A stretch of DNA of 64,000 nt from Tubiluchus corallicola (taxonomy: Eukaryota; Animalia; Priapulida). A program made the position numbers and the translations under genes. Below are positions 40,001-54,200 of the stretch, piece after piece. The DNA is taken from the NCBI GenBank assembly GCA_030141605.1, contig JAQGDQ010002372.1, positions 496,001 through 560,000 of the forward strand. Direction: 5' to 3'. The notes beneath the pieces were generated by a model. It was given only the letters and a program-made list of their open reading frames with translations, ran no database searches and had not been told where the DNA came from. The first letter of the stretch is position 1, and every line of letters begins with the position of its first letter.

Positions 40001-41855
40001 AACAGATAATCAGCTAAGAGAATCAAGAGGTTTGTGGTTTTGAGCAAATTCACGTTTTGTAACTAGTGTTAATACTTACAAGCAACTGCGTCTCATGTCA
40101 ATCGTTTTCAATGCAAACTAGTCAAAGATGTTTCTTCCAGCAGCTGATATAGTTTCTCACTTCTGTATGGAGCATAATGCTCAGCATTTTTGCTTCTAGT
40201 TCCTCTGCATCAAATCTCTCTTTGAGGCTCTTGATTTCTTTATTGTTTTGCAAGAATATATTAGCACGTTGCTGGCACGTTGTATTTATATTTCAACATG
40301 GCTGTTTTCCCGTTGATTATTAGTTGACATTGTTCGAGAATTTAAATTTTTAACAAAGGCTTTTCATCTATAACTTAAAAATTACTAAAACTATAAACTA
40401 AAACTAGTAACTTTCGCAGCGAAAAGGTAATGTATTGTAATATTAAGCTTTGAAATTTCAACTTTGTTAGGGGACTTGCTTCTAATATTATTGTTGTCGA
40501 AACTTCAGCACGTTTTTTCTGCGCTACCTGATAAAATAAATAAATTTTAAAGTAAACAAATATTCGGCGTTTTTGACTTTATATTTAGCTTTTGATTTTC
40601 TAATTACACGTCTTGTCAACACTAATTTTGGTTATGGCGAAGTATTAGGTTAACATTTCCTTTTTATCCACTGGCCTTTTAAGCTACCATTATTTACAGA
40701 CATTTGTTTATACGTTTTTAAAAAATCTATAGCGAGTAAAAGATGAGGCAAACGAACAAAATTTAACCAGCTCTTGAGGACATTTTGTCCTTGTTGATCT
40801 TTCTGGCTTTTGATCATTAACTATGTTTAATTTTTAAAACTTTATTTGTGGTACCGCCGATTGAAAAATCTATCGCAGTACAAAGATTTTAATATGATGA
40901 ACTTTCACTGAGAAACGCAAGGCTTAACTATTTGCTTTACCTCGTTACAGAAACCAGCCATATCAATGGCTCAGTGGTGCAGGGGAACACGGAGACAGCT
41001 GTAACAGAGCAGATAGGCACAGAGAGTGCTTCCTTGCTACAAGCCGACAATGGCTCAGCTAACATGCCAAGATCTGACTCGAACTACACAGCAGTGGGCA
41101 GTGAATACTGTGCCATTCGGCGCAGTGATACTGTCATGTCACATCTGCAAAGTCCCACCAACGGAGAAATGAAAGTCATTGGGTCATCATCTACGTCAGG
41201 CGATACGAACTCTGTGGCAAGTGCAAACGCTTGTAAGCAGTGCAGAAACAGCTACACGACTCCCGGCGACGCCAGTACACCTGCTTGCCGATTCAGAACA
41301 TTCCATCAAAATGACAATTTATTAGATGCAAACATGGCTGAACAAACAGAGGCCAGCGTGTACACAAATGGCGACCGCAATAACGGTTATGCATGCGCCG
41401 AACGCTATCTCGACTACGACTCGTCGTCTTCTGTGGGGGATACGTATTTTATTGCGCGCAATCTGAAGAATTGTAAGCCGGATTTGTGGAAGCAGAATAG
41501 CGTTGATTCGTTTCAGGGGTGGAAACCTTCGAGTGGCGCACCCATGTTAACAGGACAGTATGTACACGATGAACAGGCTTTGCTACAAGAAGATCAGGTA
41601 GGCGGGGCATCTGGACAGCCGTTTTTAAAATACTATGATCTCAATGAAGGCACTCCAGATTCCAAGCCCTCTAGTCGTGCCAAGCCCACCGGTTCGAAGC
41701 CTGCAGGAGGACAGATTTATGCTACCATTGATAAGTCAAAGCAACACTACGGTACGAAATCACTACCTAATTACGCGAAATCCAGTGCACATTTGGCCAG
41801 GTCTTACAACAGAAATGTTAGAAGTGGAAGTAATTTTGGTGAGAGTGTCATCTGA
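24250..41855 (+). CDS. Class A GPCR, prostanoid (EP4-like) receptor-related, 632 aa; join(24250..25035,39822..40029,40951..41855)
   Basis: Seven TM segments. TM2-TM3 (LSVSTLVSVLVPVPLTAISFFRQEWWGGERTCYF...MGVDRA) parallels EP4 (LAVTDLLGTLLVSPVTIATYMKGQWPGGQPLC...MSVERY). TM6 TWLP and TM7 NPFLY. GT-AG junctions keep frame (phase 0, then phase 1). AAAATGG start with an in-frame stop at 24223. Confidence 0.85.
25990..26178 (+). mobile_element. Probable 3' end of an RTE-type LINE/SINE with (AAG)n tail
   Basis: A GC-richer segment ends in a (GAA)n run at ~26156-26178. Short tandem-repeat tails are typical of RTE elements; no clean ORF. Confidence 0.3.
26600..26890 (+). pseudogene. Possible degraded THAP-domain (DNA transposon) remnant
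   Basis: Frameshifted pieces C..C, SPFYKI and W..ENYRFVCSK resemble the THAP C2CH consensus (F.K.P...W....RVCS.HF). Weak. Confidence 0.25.
28520..28845 (+). pseudogene. Possible Tc1/mariner transposase C-terminal remnant
   Basis: W...SP in one frame and NLWSYLVYDV in another resemble WPxxSPDLNPIENLW..L...V. Heavily decayed. Confidence 0.3.
39822..40029 (+). CDS. GPCR coding exon 2 (ECL3, TM7 NPxxY, helix 8)
   Basis: tttgtttcag|GTT...; VVITLTKLG...LPGLFNPFLYGFLAQSYRDGY...ALCCGG; donor G|GTTTGT at 40030. Confidence 0.88.
40951..41855 (+). CDS. GPCR coding exon 3 (long cytoplasmic tail)
   Basis: ctcgttacag|AA; phase-1 join gives E-T-S-H in a 300-codon open frame, ending GESVI*. AATAAA at 41902. 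Confidence 0.75.
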
Positions 41856-43946
41856 AAGCTACTGTAACAATTTCAATTTAAATATTTGCTGAAGTATCTC
41901 AAATAAAGGACGTTGTTTTTCGTGTAAGAAAACAGACAGGTGACAGTGAACTGGCTGTTACACAATGGGAAGCTGTGAGCAGATGCACAAAAATATAGTA
42001 GCCTACTTTGAAGATGGAAAGGTATACTACTGATGTCAGATAGTTATGACGTGTTCGGAACTTGGCTACTTACTAAGTATAATCTTTTGAAATGACACAC
42101 TGAATCAGCAGAGATGTCTTAGCCGAGCTCAATATATCCTTCCTCAACGGGAAAAATAACCGCTGAAGCCGCCCATAAACAATTTATATAACGATTACTC
42201 AGTAATGTACTAACCAAGCGCTTTATCGTGCAGCGGTGTCTTAACTAAGTTCGGATGTGTATACAACTTTTCTCATCAAGAGAGAGAGAACCGGAAGCAG
42301 CATGGCTGTTGAAGCCGCTGAGTAACAATTTGTGTGGCAGTCAATGATTTACTAGTCAGGCTTGGCATTACTTAAATATCGCATGCAGCCAAGCACACAC
42401 AGCTCAGAGAGATTTTAGGATAGGATATACCCGCCCTCATCTAGAGAATTTCCCACTGAACCATTTTTCTGAAATATTAAACAACTGCCATTACCTCTCA
42501 TTTTCCGAGATATTTTTACAGGCCACAGTGCAAATCATGCAATAATTATATGCCTGAAAAAGTAATGTCTTTAAATATCAGTATCCTATAGTTTTTCATA
42601 AGCCATTCAACAAGGTCTACAATGCACATTATATTAAACGAGAAGCCGCTGAATAGAATCGTCAGTAATTAGATATTTGAATCTAAAAGTTCTGATCTGA
42701 TGACATCCCACTGAAACAGGTAAGCAATGTTGTAGTTAATAGCATGGCCTCTAATGAGCGATCTCGTGCATACTTCCCTCTAACATACTGTCATCGACTC
42801 GGCCTAACTACCCCTCGCGTGTGTACATAGAGACAACAAACTCACACAGGAGCATCAATCTTCGCAAATGTATGGCTGCCAAATCAATAAAATGCTCGGA
42901 TTGTTTTGTAACGATGGATGGCCGAACTGTTAAGACGTATAGTGGTGATGGAAGCCAAGAGTTTTCCATTTACCATCTGAACGATGGTGTTGTAGCAGGC
43001 TGAGAGGATTATTATTGATTAATTAAAATATCGACCGGCGAGACCAAAGACAGTGTACATAAGAATCGTTAAAGTCAACAGTAAACTCAGCTCAGGATAA
43101 GCCAGGGATTCTTCGCAACTGGGTAAAGATAAAATTGGGAGTTAAACTGTTAGGCACTCTTTGAAGTCATGCAGTTAACTCTGATTTAGAAGATAAAACT
43201 ATTGATTCGTTAATATTATTTTACAGATTTTTTATTAAGTATTGAAACTTAAGGAGCGCTTATAGTTTAAAATACACTGTAGCAAGATGATGAGGAAAGT
43301 CTAATAAACGTGTAATGTTGTTTCCATTAGAATTTTGTTTAAATGGAAATTTGTCGAAAATCAGATATTTAGTAATATTTCCAGATCGAGACAAAACTGC
43401 ACCTCAAATACCTTGGCTATGATCAAATCTAGGTTCATATTTTCGTTTTACGACCCTTTATTTCATCTGTATGCTAATCATAATAATGTGTTTTTAATGA
43501 ACAAAATTACTAACTTGGTTAAAGTTTATGAAACGCTTGTGGGAAAAAAGAAAAATTCTCTTTTTGTCGCTAGGCGTTCTAATTCCTAATGATGTCGCGC
43601 AAGTTATGAATCAGTTTTCGTATCAATTAGGTTAAAGTAATCAAATGGCAATTTTTCATTTTTTGACAACCACAAACAATTCATTACAGCCTAAGGGAAT
43701 TATAGCGCACAGTCATTTTTCTATTTGTGATAAGCACAGTAGTCCCTGTAGCATTGATACAACAACACATATACGAGAACTGCACGGGGAGCTTACATTC
43801 ATGTTGCTATTACCAATATGCATATTGCTATTACCATCTAGTTTACAACTGTTATGATTACAGCTTTATGCAAGTAGGCGTACATGTATTTAGCACGGTA
43901 ATGCGATACTTAAACGAGCTATATTTTCTGGAGTATTTTTATTACT

Positions 43947-44134
<188 letters not shown>

Positions 44135-45098
44135 TAAATTCATGATGTAACATGTACATCAAGTAAACAATAGTTTACAACAGTAAATAAAGTAAACACG
44201 GTGCACAGTGGTAGTTATTTCAACAACACATCAGTTTAACTGGGGGATTAAATTGATTTACATATTTTCCCAAGTAATAAGATGAAAAGAGATACTCACA
44301 AACCAAAAACCAAAGGTTGAAGAAATACCGACTGCAATTAGTATATAATTAGTTTGATTGTAATGAATGAAAAATAATTAGTGGTTACATTCAATGATGT
44401 TATTCTATTTGCTGGACCTTTTCTACAAGACCACCCGTTTACTTACAAGACTTACACTTTGCAAATATTAAATGACAAAAATCTCATACCATTTTCGCCG
44501 AGCACTGATACCAATTAATGTAATGAAAAACTGGGGGAGTCGTTGATATCACCAAAACATTAGGCCATGCATTATATGACGTCGTAGCGCAAGTAAGCTT
44601 CTCTGTGTATATTTCGTAGTCCCTGGCCGAGAACATTAAAGACAAGCGAAATTTCATTTAATTTTACGTAGTGCTTTTTTTAGTAAAGATAAAAGGAAAA
44701 AATTAAATGTTCTAATACCTAACTATAACAACAAAACGCATGCCTACAAAACAGACAAAATGGGTTCATTTAAATAGAAAACCGTGCTCAATGAGAAACG
44801 CACAAATTTACGGCATTCGTAGAGAACTAATTATTGTTGCATTGCATTACTGGTACTTATAACAGTTTCACTTGATATCGAATGTGATTATTTAGGTAAC
44901 ATTAGGCGCAGATTAGTAATCCTTAAGCAGTTTGTTCGCGAATAATTTTGAGACTTGGACAGTTTATAATTTCGCTAGGTAACGAGTTCCAATAAACGTA
45001 AAATGTAATTCCCAAATGAAAATTAACACACACTGAGTCTAGAAAACTTAATATATAGCCATTGCCTCTAAAACTAAACCTATCGAACAAAAGCAAAA

Positions 45099-45466
45099 AT
45101 GGTTAAACTTTATTCAACTAATGAGTTATAATGTTACATCAACTTCGTGATGTAAAATGGTTCTTCGTTCTTAAGTTTCATGTACATCTTGTTTCATAAT
45201 AATCTCCTTCTAAAATAACTATGGTTAAACTTTATTCAACTAATGAGTTATAATGTTACATCAACTTCGTGATGTAAAATGGTTCTTCGTTCTTAAGTTT
45301 CATGTACATCTTGTTTCATAATAATCTCCTTCTAAAATAACTATGGTTAAACTTTATTCAACTAATGAGTTATAATGTTACATCAACTTCGTGATGTAAA
45401 AAGGTTCTTCGTTCTTAAGTTTCATGTACATCTTGTTTCATACTAATCTCCTTCTAAAATAACTAT
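45099..45466. repeat. 122-bp tandem triplication
   Basis: GGTTAAACTTTATTCAAC... recurs at 45101, 45223 and 45345; copies are near-identical. Confidence 0.95.
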
Positions 45467-45949
45467 ACAGCTTTTCACACAAATTAAAGAAACCATTACG
45501 AACTCTACATTGGACTGCAGCATAATTTAGTAAGCACCAAATGCAAGGATTTTAAATTGCTTGTATCTAAGCGTCTGATTCTAACAATTTACAATTAGAT
45601 GCAACAATTTAGATGTACAATTTAGCATGTATGATTCAATATATTTCAACAACTTGTCCATTAAAATAGCTCGAGTATTTTCAAGTTCAAATAAATTATT
45701 ACTTCAAAGTCACAACGTTCTTTTGTTACAGGTAATTGAACAATAAGCATTTTGCTGACCTCACTTAAATGAACTTCGATCAATCTAAGCCAACCAAAGT
45801 CAAGACCAGTATTGGGTAATGGTCAATTTCTAGCGAAGCTACCTTTCATATATTTCAATATTACGACACGAAACTGCTGCTATCTCCTCTGTCCCATTCC
45901 ATCTCTCTTTATGTTGCACTTATTCTGTTTCTTTTTCTCGCTACCTATT

Positions 45950-46045
45950 CCTCTCTGTCTTTTTCTCTTCCCATTCTTTTTCTCTCTCTGCCTCTCTCTC
46001 GCTCTATCTGTCTCTGTCTCTCGCTCTCTCTCTCTTTCTCTCTCA
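45950..46045. repeat. (CT)n-rich low-complexity tract
   Basis: Directly visible. Confidence 0.85.
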
Positions 46046-48174
46046 CTTGCGTGCATCTTTTGGATAAGTAGTGACATAACGATAACTGAATAAAGTTTTT
46101 GTTTATTAAATTCGTGAAAGCATATCATTAATTTTGCAGTCGATCTTCCAAGGAAATATTGTTTCTTGTTTGACATGCTCCATAAGCTTCAACGATATTG
46201 AATGTCAGTGTTACAGTAGCAGTAATTAGTGTAAATATACGGCTTCAGTTTATCATTACTGTCTACCGGTAATGTTACCAGATGTTTAGCAGACCGTTTC
46301 CGTAATAATGATGCTTGATATCAACACATTATTTTTAAATTAGAACCAAAGGTGTAACGTAGACTCATACAGCAGCACTTGAGTGATTATTTACAGTGAT
46401 GAGTTATTGATTAATTAGACAGTACTTTTCTGCCTGCTAATGAAATGAAACTCATTATTAATTGCTGTTATATTATATACGCAAACGAGATTTAATTTTT
46501 GTAAGATCTGCAATTAAATATTTCTAATAAAATAACAGCATAAAAGTCTGCACTTATCTACAGACTACACTAGGTTTACATTTTGCATTATCGCGCATCT
46601 CTTCTACATGCCGTAATTAAGATAATAATCAAGTATTATAGAGTTGCTCGAAATGAAAAGTATCATTTGCAGAACACTGATTTCAGTAACAAATCAACAT
46701 GTGTGTACTACCCGAATTATAAAATAAACAATTGTTTATTTAAAATTTCTTGTACATGTGTGTACAGCACAAAACTAACAACTGAGTAAACGAAGCAACT
46801 TAAAGTACATCAACAGCGTAAAGTGACTCTACAAATACTAAATAAATATAGGTAAGAACTCCATAAAGCAGTACTTGGGAAAAATTAAGCAAAGATAATA
46901 TAAAGAAACTCCTACACTACAAGCACATAATGTTCAAGATTTATTGATCAAGTCTGTCTATAATGCCATCATAATTTCTCAAGCATTCATATTATACACT
47001 AACAACGCTCGTTTAATGTGCCGTTAAATCGTGATTACGCGACAGGTTAGAAAAATGCAGCACATTTTCACTTTAAAATCTCAGAAGTAATAACGAAAGG
47101 ATGCAAGAAGAGACAACAAAAGAGAAGTGACATTACAGCAAGCCTATATTTAGCACATCAATTAATAAACGCCCTAAACAATAAACCCGTAAACCTGTTT
47201 TTCAAACGGCGGCGCAAGCGACATCAAAAGCGTGCACAAATAATTGAATGTTTTATCCATGCAAGCTTGATATGACAGGTTAATAATTGCAACAAGGATT
47301 TAATAATGGAGTAACCCGACTAGACTATCATAGGTAGAGGACTACAGACTTCGCTACAAACACTAAATTTTAATTAATTTGCTGAAGACTTGGCATGATT
47401 TTTTGTAACTGCAGTAATAAAATTAAAATTTTTTACCTAGCTGTTTGCAATAAAATCAAATTTTCGGCCTATACAAACTTGGCAAAATTATGTAAAGTAA
47501 AATATCATATACAGTATTTAATTTTCTCAATAATTTTTTGCAAATAATTTTCTCTGTCTAACGAGTTAAAAGAACTAGAAAATAAAGATTGTTGCGAATC
47601 AAACTGCATAAGACGCAATTAGCTTCAAACTGCATATAAGGCTTTTAAGACTGAATCAACTCACTAACAAGATGTAAGAAGCTTACTATTTCCGTAAGCA
47701 CTTTGCTATTTTCAAAATTCTACTAACTGCAGCTTACAATCGAAAACTTCTCTTGAAAACGTCGCTCATAAAGAAATTTGACAATCCCGTTTTTCTTCAC
47801 AACGTTTAAGATTCGTGTAAAATTTTGCGCAAATTCACCAGTGCTTTGACGATGATCGCTATTTTAGTTCAAACAAATCACAGTCCATAGAAAATCTATT
47901 GGAAACAAAAACAGATTTAAACGCCTTCGCGCTCCAAGTTTAGAAAAAGGAGGGTTTCAGAGAGAAAACTGATAAGTATAATTGTTTTCCCGTGCTGATA
48001 AACAAAAATGGATCAAATACAGACCATATGTATCACATGAAAGTATTAATAAAGCTTATAGTTACTCGTTGAAACGTTTATTTGATAGTAGTAAGTACAT
48101 CAAAACGCAATTTGTAATTTTCATTTTTCAATTAAACTTTCAAACCGTGTCGTTGTGAGGCACAACCTTGGTTG

Positions 48175-48276
48175 CTAAGCGGCTTTCTTTGCCCGAAAGA
48201 GCAAGATTAAATAACCGATCAGTCTATATAGAACCATCAGAGCAAGCAACAATCCTATGTCTTTAGCAAAATTATC
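48175..48276 (-). CDS. ABCG last exon
   Basis: [33 protein letters not shown]; AATAAA on the minus strand at 48077-48082. Confidence 0.85.
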   Translation of the reverse strand, partial: DNFAKDIGLLLALMVLYRLIGYLILLFRAKKAA

Positions 48277-51200
48277 CTGTAAATTGTAAAGAAATGAAAA
48301 ATTACTTGTTCACATTATTTAAATTAATTGTACAAGTACTAGTATATGAATACAAATGAATTCGAATACATATGAATACATAGCTTTTTATTAAACTAAA
48401 ATATTATTGTCATTATTGTCATTGAATCAAACATTACGTCGAGAATGGCGCCACATGCCAGTTATTAACTGATACATGTGTAGTAACCCTCAACAAGTGA
48501 TAGGCCTAAGAGCCTTTGTGATTCTGGTTTACGGACAGTTCAGTTTCTTGTATAATATATCTATTACATGAACTTGGATCTAGATTCAAAAATGTGAAAT
48601 CAGAACTTTGGAAGACGTCGGTTCTGTAAATTTTTTGACGTTTGACATTTGACATTATTTCCACTATATCTCGGCTGTATGAGGAAAAGAGTGCCCTTGA
48701 TGATCTTGTTAAAGTACATATGCCTATGTTAAACAGATGCAATATAAGACAGCCATAAATATTTGCCTGTCATCGTTACCATTATATTTCCATTATACAT
48801 TTTTTCACCTAAATTTGATATAAATAGTACCAGTATTATTTTACAGAGTTGAAATTTACCTGGTCATAGCCAAAAAATTGGAGAACTTGCTTCCCGTCGC
48901 GTATACAAGTTGTATCATTGCGAAGACAAGCTGAAACAATTTAGCAAGTTTTGAATTTATAATTAAGTTTTTGAGAAACAGCAGAATTAATAAACGACTC
49001 ATTTAGTGTGTAACAGCATGTTATACAAAAACCAAACTTACCAATTTCTTTTATATCCTTCCACTGGTTGATGTTCAAAGCTTCATTGCCATGTTTGATT
49101 ATGCTAAAGTACTCTATCCATTTAAAGTATACAGGGATTGATCTATATAGAAAAAATAAAGATACAGCGTTTCAACCACTGCGGGACAAATAAAAGTTCA
49201 TATGTCTCAATTACAACTTCATGGGTTAACAGATGTCAATTCATCTACAGTGTATCTCTATAGAATATTATCTATAAATGGTTGCTGCGGACTGTCAGCA
49301 AGTTTGACAATCTCAGGCACTAATCGCCTGTAGTTACAAATCTGATACAAAAATTGAGACAACGGTTAAATTTGCAGAGGCAAGGTCGATTTAAAACGAA
49401 CTACAGGCGTCTTCTGCCTATCTATGCAGATCATTCTTAGTTTACTCAAAGTGAGCTTATTTACTTTTGGCATGGTTCTGTGTATATTAGCATAACTACC
49501 CGGCAAGCAGCAGATCTTGGGTTCAACTCCCACTGAAGAGCTCCCACTTGTAAAACAAGCCCAGAAACTAATAATACTGATTCAGCACTACATTAAGGTA
49601 CGTTTGGTAAGTAAGGAATCTAATCCACGTTTAGTTCTTTTTTCAAAAATTATGTTCTCCAAACAATCCAACCAGTGTTACAATAAACATTTAACAAGTA
49701 ACATACAAGCTAGACTATGCTACCAATAATCTAAAAACACTGTGATTCGAAAGTGATTGTAATTAAATTTATAAAGATATAAATTTATTATAAGTTATAT
49801 CTGTATAAATTTATAAGAATATAAACTTACTCTAAATTTAAATTAAAACCTCCGACCACAAACAGTAACAGCATGACGGGAGAACCAGCAGCCATGACAA
49901 CTTCGTAGTTTGATGAGCAACAAGACAACATGTAACCTAATGAAAGTACATATTTTGTATTTATTCTAGTAAAATATTAAGTATTGAAGTATGAAGCCTC
50001 TCAGCCCGAAATATCCACAGATCGGCGCTGAAGTCTGTCAGCTAACCCTTAACCTCTTTCAGTGTCTGTAGTCTTTCACATGTGGCAACGAAACTGCCAC
50101 CCACAAGGCAACTTGCACCTTTTTACTACATGTGTTGCAATAGATGAACTTGATGAGACCATAAAATGCTGCTAATCAAATAAATATGATCAGGAAAGAT
50201 ATAGATATAAAAACCAATAAAGAAAAACGACAGGAGCGAACATTTGATTCGATTTGATTTAACCCTACATTTCAAACATAAGGTCATGATGCAAAATATT
50301 CACTAGACGATGAAATTGTCAAACAAAACACTAATGATGAATGAAAAACGCACATAAACATAGATTTCTAGATATGTACAAAGATCAAAATTTTAACTAA
50401 ATATCTTTAGTTAACTAAACTAAACTATAGAAAAAATAGTCTCAATATTCGTGGGTAAAGAATCTTGCCCCAAATTATTAATGATGGGATTGAATCTTCT
50501 ATCATTATACAACTTTACCGCCTTTTACAAAAACGTTTTTACTGTTCTGGATTCTAATCTACAACGTATACGTCATGTATCAAAATAAGATTAGCCTATG
50601 GCTGATAGTTATTGCATTCGATACTTGCGAATATCTCGTCTGTAGCATTTTACTTTTAAAGATTGTAATTGTAAGAACGTCGCCAGAGTTAACTTACTTA
50701 TTGCTACAGCGGCATCCGACGTCAAAATTATTACTCCTACGCAGGTGAAGAAATGAAAGGCAGAAGAATACAAACCTGAAAGATATATTACAAATGATTT
50801 TATAGTAGTAGAAATAATCTTTATTAACACAGTAAATAAATCATTGCGGGTGAATTTTACAAAAAAACTCTAAAACAAACAGAGGTACGTTTATGACAAT
50901 GTGTCTAATAAATAACAAATTTTCAACTTGTCGATACACGTTTAAAGCCATATATGCAATAATCAAAAAAGTTTTTTGAAATTAGTAATGTCCATATGAT
51001 TATCTTTTTTCCTCATTTCCTTTGTTTTAGAGCACTTCCACACAAAGTGGTTCAGTTTTGTACACTCTTACAGGTACACAACCTTTGATTACGTGGGATT
51101 CTTGACCAGCGGCTAATTTCTATTGTCACCGTATGAACAAACCCTGTACGTTGATACTCTCCTGGCGCTCGTCCATCAGAATGTACCTCTTATGAACAAT

Positions 51201-54200
51201 GGCAGTTTAATTCAAGACGAAGTTCCAAGTTTTGCCTGGCTGACTCTTTGAGCTTAACAATGCCTAGTTACATCAGTTAAACACTGTCACTACAATAATC
51301 AGCTAAACAGAACTTAAAAAAGTAGATGGACACTCACCAATCATAAAATAGTCTATGACAACATAAATTAATGGCACGGTAGCAAAAAATGGCAGCTGAA
51401 AGAAAGAAAAAACTCAAATAACAAAACAAGTTTTAACTTATGCAAGTCTCCCGTTTGAATTGCAGACCAGTTCCCATGGCAGCGTGAAATACAAAAAACC
51501 TATATTTTTTACTGTGGATTTTATGGGAAACCACTGGTCATCAGCTTAAAAAGGAGGCTTGCAAATGTTAATCAATTGGTCAATTAACATTACATATTTT
51601 TCTTTTATTTATTTCACATAAACAGCTCATATATAAACAGCTAACAATCGAATGAATTACACAAATCAATAAAATAAAATAAAAGAGAAGGAATGGCAAA
51701 ATAATTACTGGCCTAAATGTATTCGGCCAGGTTGGGGAATAGGTTCTCGCACAGAGCGGACGTGTGTACAAGTCGTCTCGTGTTGCTAATAAGGCTATAC
51801 TTGGCAGGCAATTAGTGTTATATACCTGTACAGCTATATAGGCTACAGTATGCAGAAACTTTAAATTATTTTCACTACTTTTAACTTTAAATTATTTACA
51901 ACAGTGAGTGGTATTTTTGTGAGTACTTAAAGTAATGTCTGGGGCAACAAGAAAATATTGTCAAACGTGCACACAACGAAGACCAAATTTGAAAATATGA
52001 GAGAACGTTTGGTGCATTGAAATATGTGACACTAAAGCCAAAAATCAAAGAAGCCAGAGCAGCAATACGTGTTCTAAATTTAGTGAAGGTAAAACGTTTT
52101 GTATAGAAGATTTAGCGTTGTTAGAAATCAAAGGGCAGTCAAAGTGTTTAGGCGTTTGTATATCTGTAAGGTATTTACAGTAATTACTGTCGGCTAGACC
52201 AATTGTACATAAGAAGGAGTTATAACCTCTGCCAAGTAAAAGGTTGAGCGCAAGGGATTCTAAGCTTCTGCCATATCTACCAGTTGGTAGACCAGGGCTG
52301 TGAGAGAAGACATAGCATTTTCTGTATTCCTTCCGTTAAAAAAAGCCTCTGAATCGTATTATGCGGTTCCAGACGGCCATTTATCGAGATCTGCCCTGAG
52401 TGGATTAGCACTTTCAGCATTACGTTCGTTCAACCACATAGCTTACGTTTTCGTTTCTTGCTATACCAATGTTTTTTATAGTCCTCAGAAAAAATTTAGT
52501 TGCTGTTAAGTTACTTGTCAAAAAGTGCTTATGAAAAACACTGTTATTTAGTTCCCGCTCCATTGATAAGATATTGTCTTTAACCAAGTCTTCACCTGAT
52601 CGGGACAGTGACTTTAAAATGAATCTGCAAACATTGGCTGAGAACAAAATATCCAAAGGGGGAATGCCACACATACGCTCAACCAAATCTTTGGCAGGAT
52701 TTTAACCGACACCCACTGCAGTTTTCAGATATGTGGGTGGCAACAGTGGTTATCCAAGCTTTTGTTTTCTGCCCTAATGCCTTTTTGTTAGTTCGTTCAT
52801 CGTGAAGTCGCTATTGTATTAGCTGCTGTCATTATCAATGTACTGAAAGTTTTTCATGTTCTCTTCAATTTCCTGAAACCAACGAGTATCATAGCCTGCT
52901 GCCTTTATATGTTTCCCCAGTAAAGAAAGTGCGAAATAAAACGTCACATTTTTCTTCATCACCGGCATAGTAATTTCCGTTTACTTTTAAAATATCAATG
53001 TTTTGTTGGGCCTGTTTAGTAAATACACTGTGATATGTCTTCCAGAAATCTTTACCTTTTTCCACGTTTAGATTAGACGCATTGCGGATGTATTTGTCTC
53101 GTGTTGTATATTGCTATCAAAGAGATAATGTATTCAACCTTGTTCTCGTAGTGAGAAAGACGTAAATATTTCTTGCGCGCCGCCCTGGGGTTTTTAGACA
53201 GACCTAATAATGCTGAATTCCAAAACGGCTTACTGTATTTTGATATCCGTTTGTTAATTAACGATCTTGCGTTTGCTTCTATAACAGTATTTAAAAAAGC
53301 TGCCTGACCTTGTCCGCATTATCTGCGTTTAAAAGTGTAATAAATTCCGGAAACTTTGCTCTTATATTATGCTCTAAAGCACTAGACTACTGTACCCAAT
53401 TACCATTTTTCAAGTCGTTTACTGTGCGGGTATAAGCACTATTAGTGTTGCACCAATCAAACATACTAAAATGGGATAATGACCCATTAGTGGGGCACTA
53501 GTAAACAATTCTGTTTTTTTTTGTCCACATACTGCCTCATCAAATGGGCAGTAAACCCAGTTGAACATAAAATGAGATCTATAACACTGTTGCGAGACAC
53601 ATATTGGAAAGTTGGCTCACTAAAATGCTTGATGTAAAATACGCCCGTGCTCATTTGAGTCTTTGTCCCAAAGAAAATTTCGAGCGTTAACATCACCAAC
53701 AGCTAATACACCGCACAAACTTTGCTGATCTGCAAAATCGAGTGCTTTTTGAAAGTTCAAAGTAAACGCTTTCATCAAGCATGATTGGCTTGGTTTGCTG
53801 TACAATGAGCTGACTAAAAACTTTTTACTTCCAAAATGTAGGAGAACCCAAATCACATCCAGTTCTCGTGATTCCAGTTCAAAGACTCTGCAAGCAGTTA
53901 TACTATGTCTGACGAGAACAGCAGCTCCTCCTGAGTTTCCTTGAGACGGTTTAACGTATGAATTGTGATTTTTTAAAGAAGTTTTCTTATTCGCCCTTTA
54001 TTTTATTTCTTGTAAGGCAATGATGTCGAATTTGCGCAAGTTAGCATAATTGTCTAAGGCGCATTGTGACCTGTCTGAAAAACAATTTATGTTTACTTGA
54101 CAATATGACTTAGATAATTATGCGAATTATTAACCATTGTTAGGGTTTAATCGGTTTATCTCATCTATATAAGCTGGACATTTCTTGTTCCACGTTGCGT

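Noticed and set aside
42697-42720. Hammerhead-like CTGATGA...GAAA core
   Set aside because: No stem II pairing between the motifs and no convincing stems I or III.
49470-49540. tRNA-like B box GGGTTCAACTCCC (also a GGTTCGAAAC on the minus strand at ~58736-58745)
   Set aside because: No cloverleaf or clear A box; at most decayed SINE heads, not tRNA genes.
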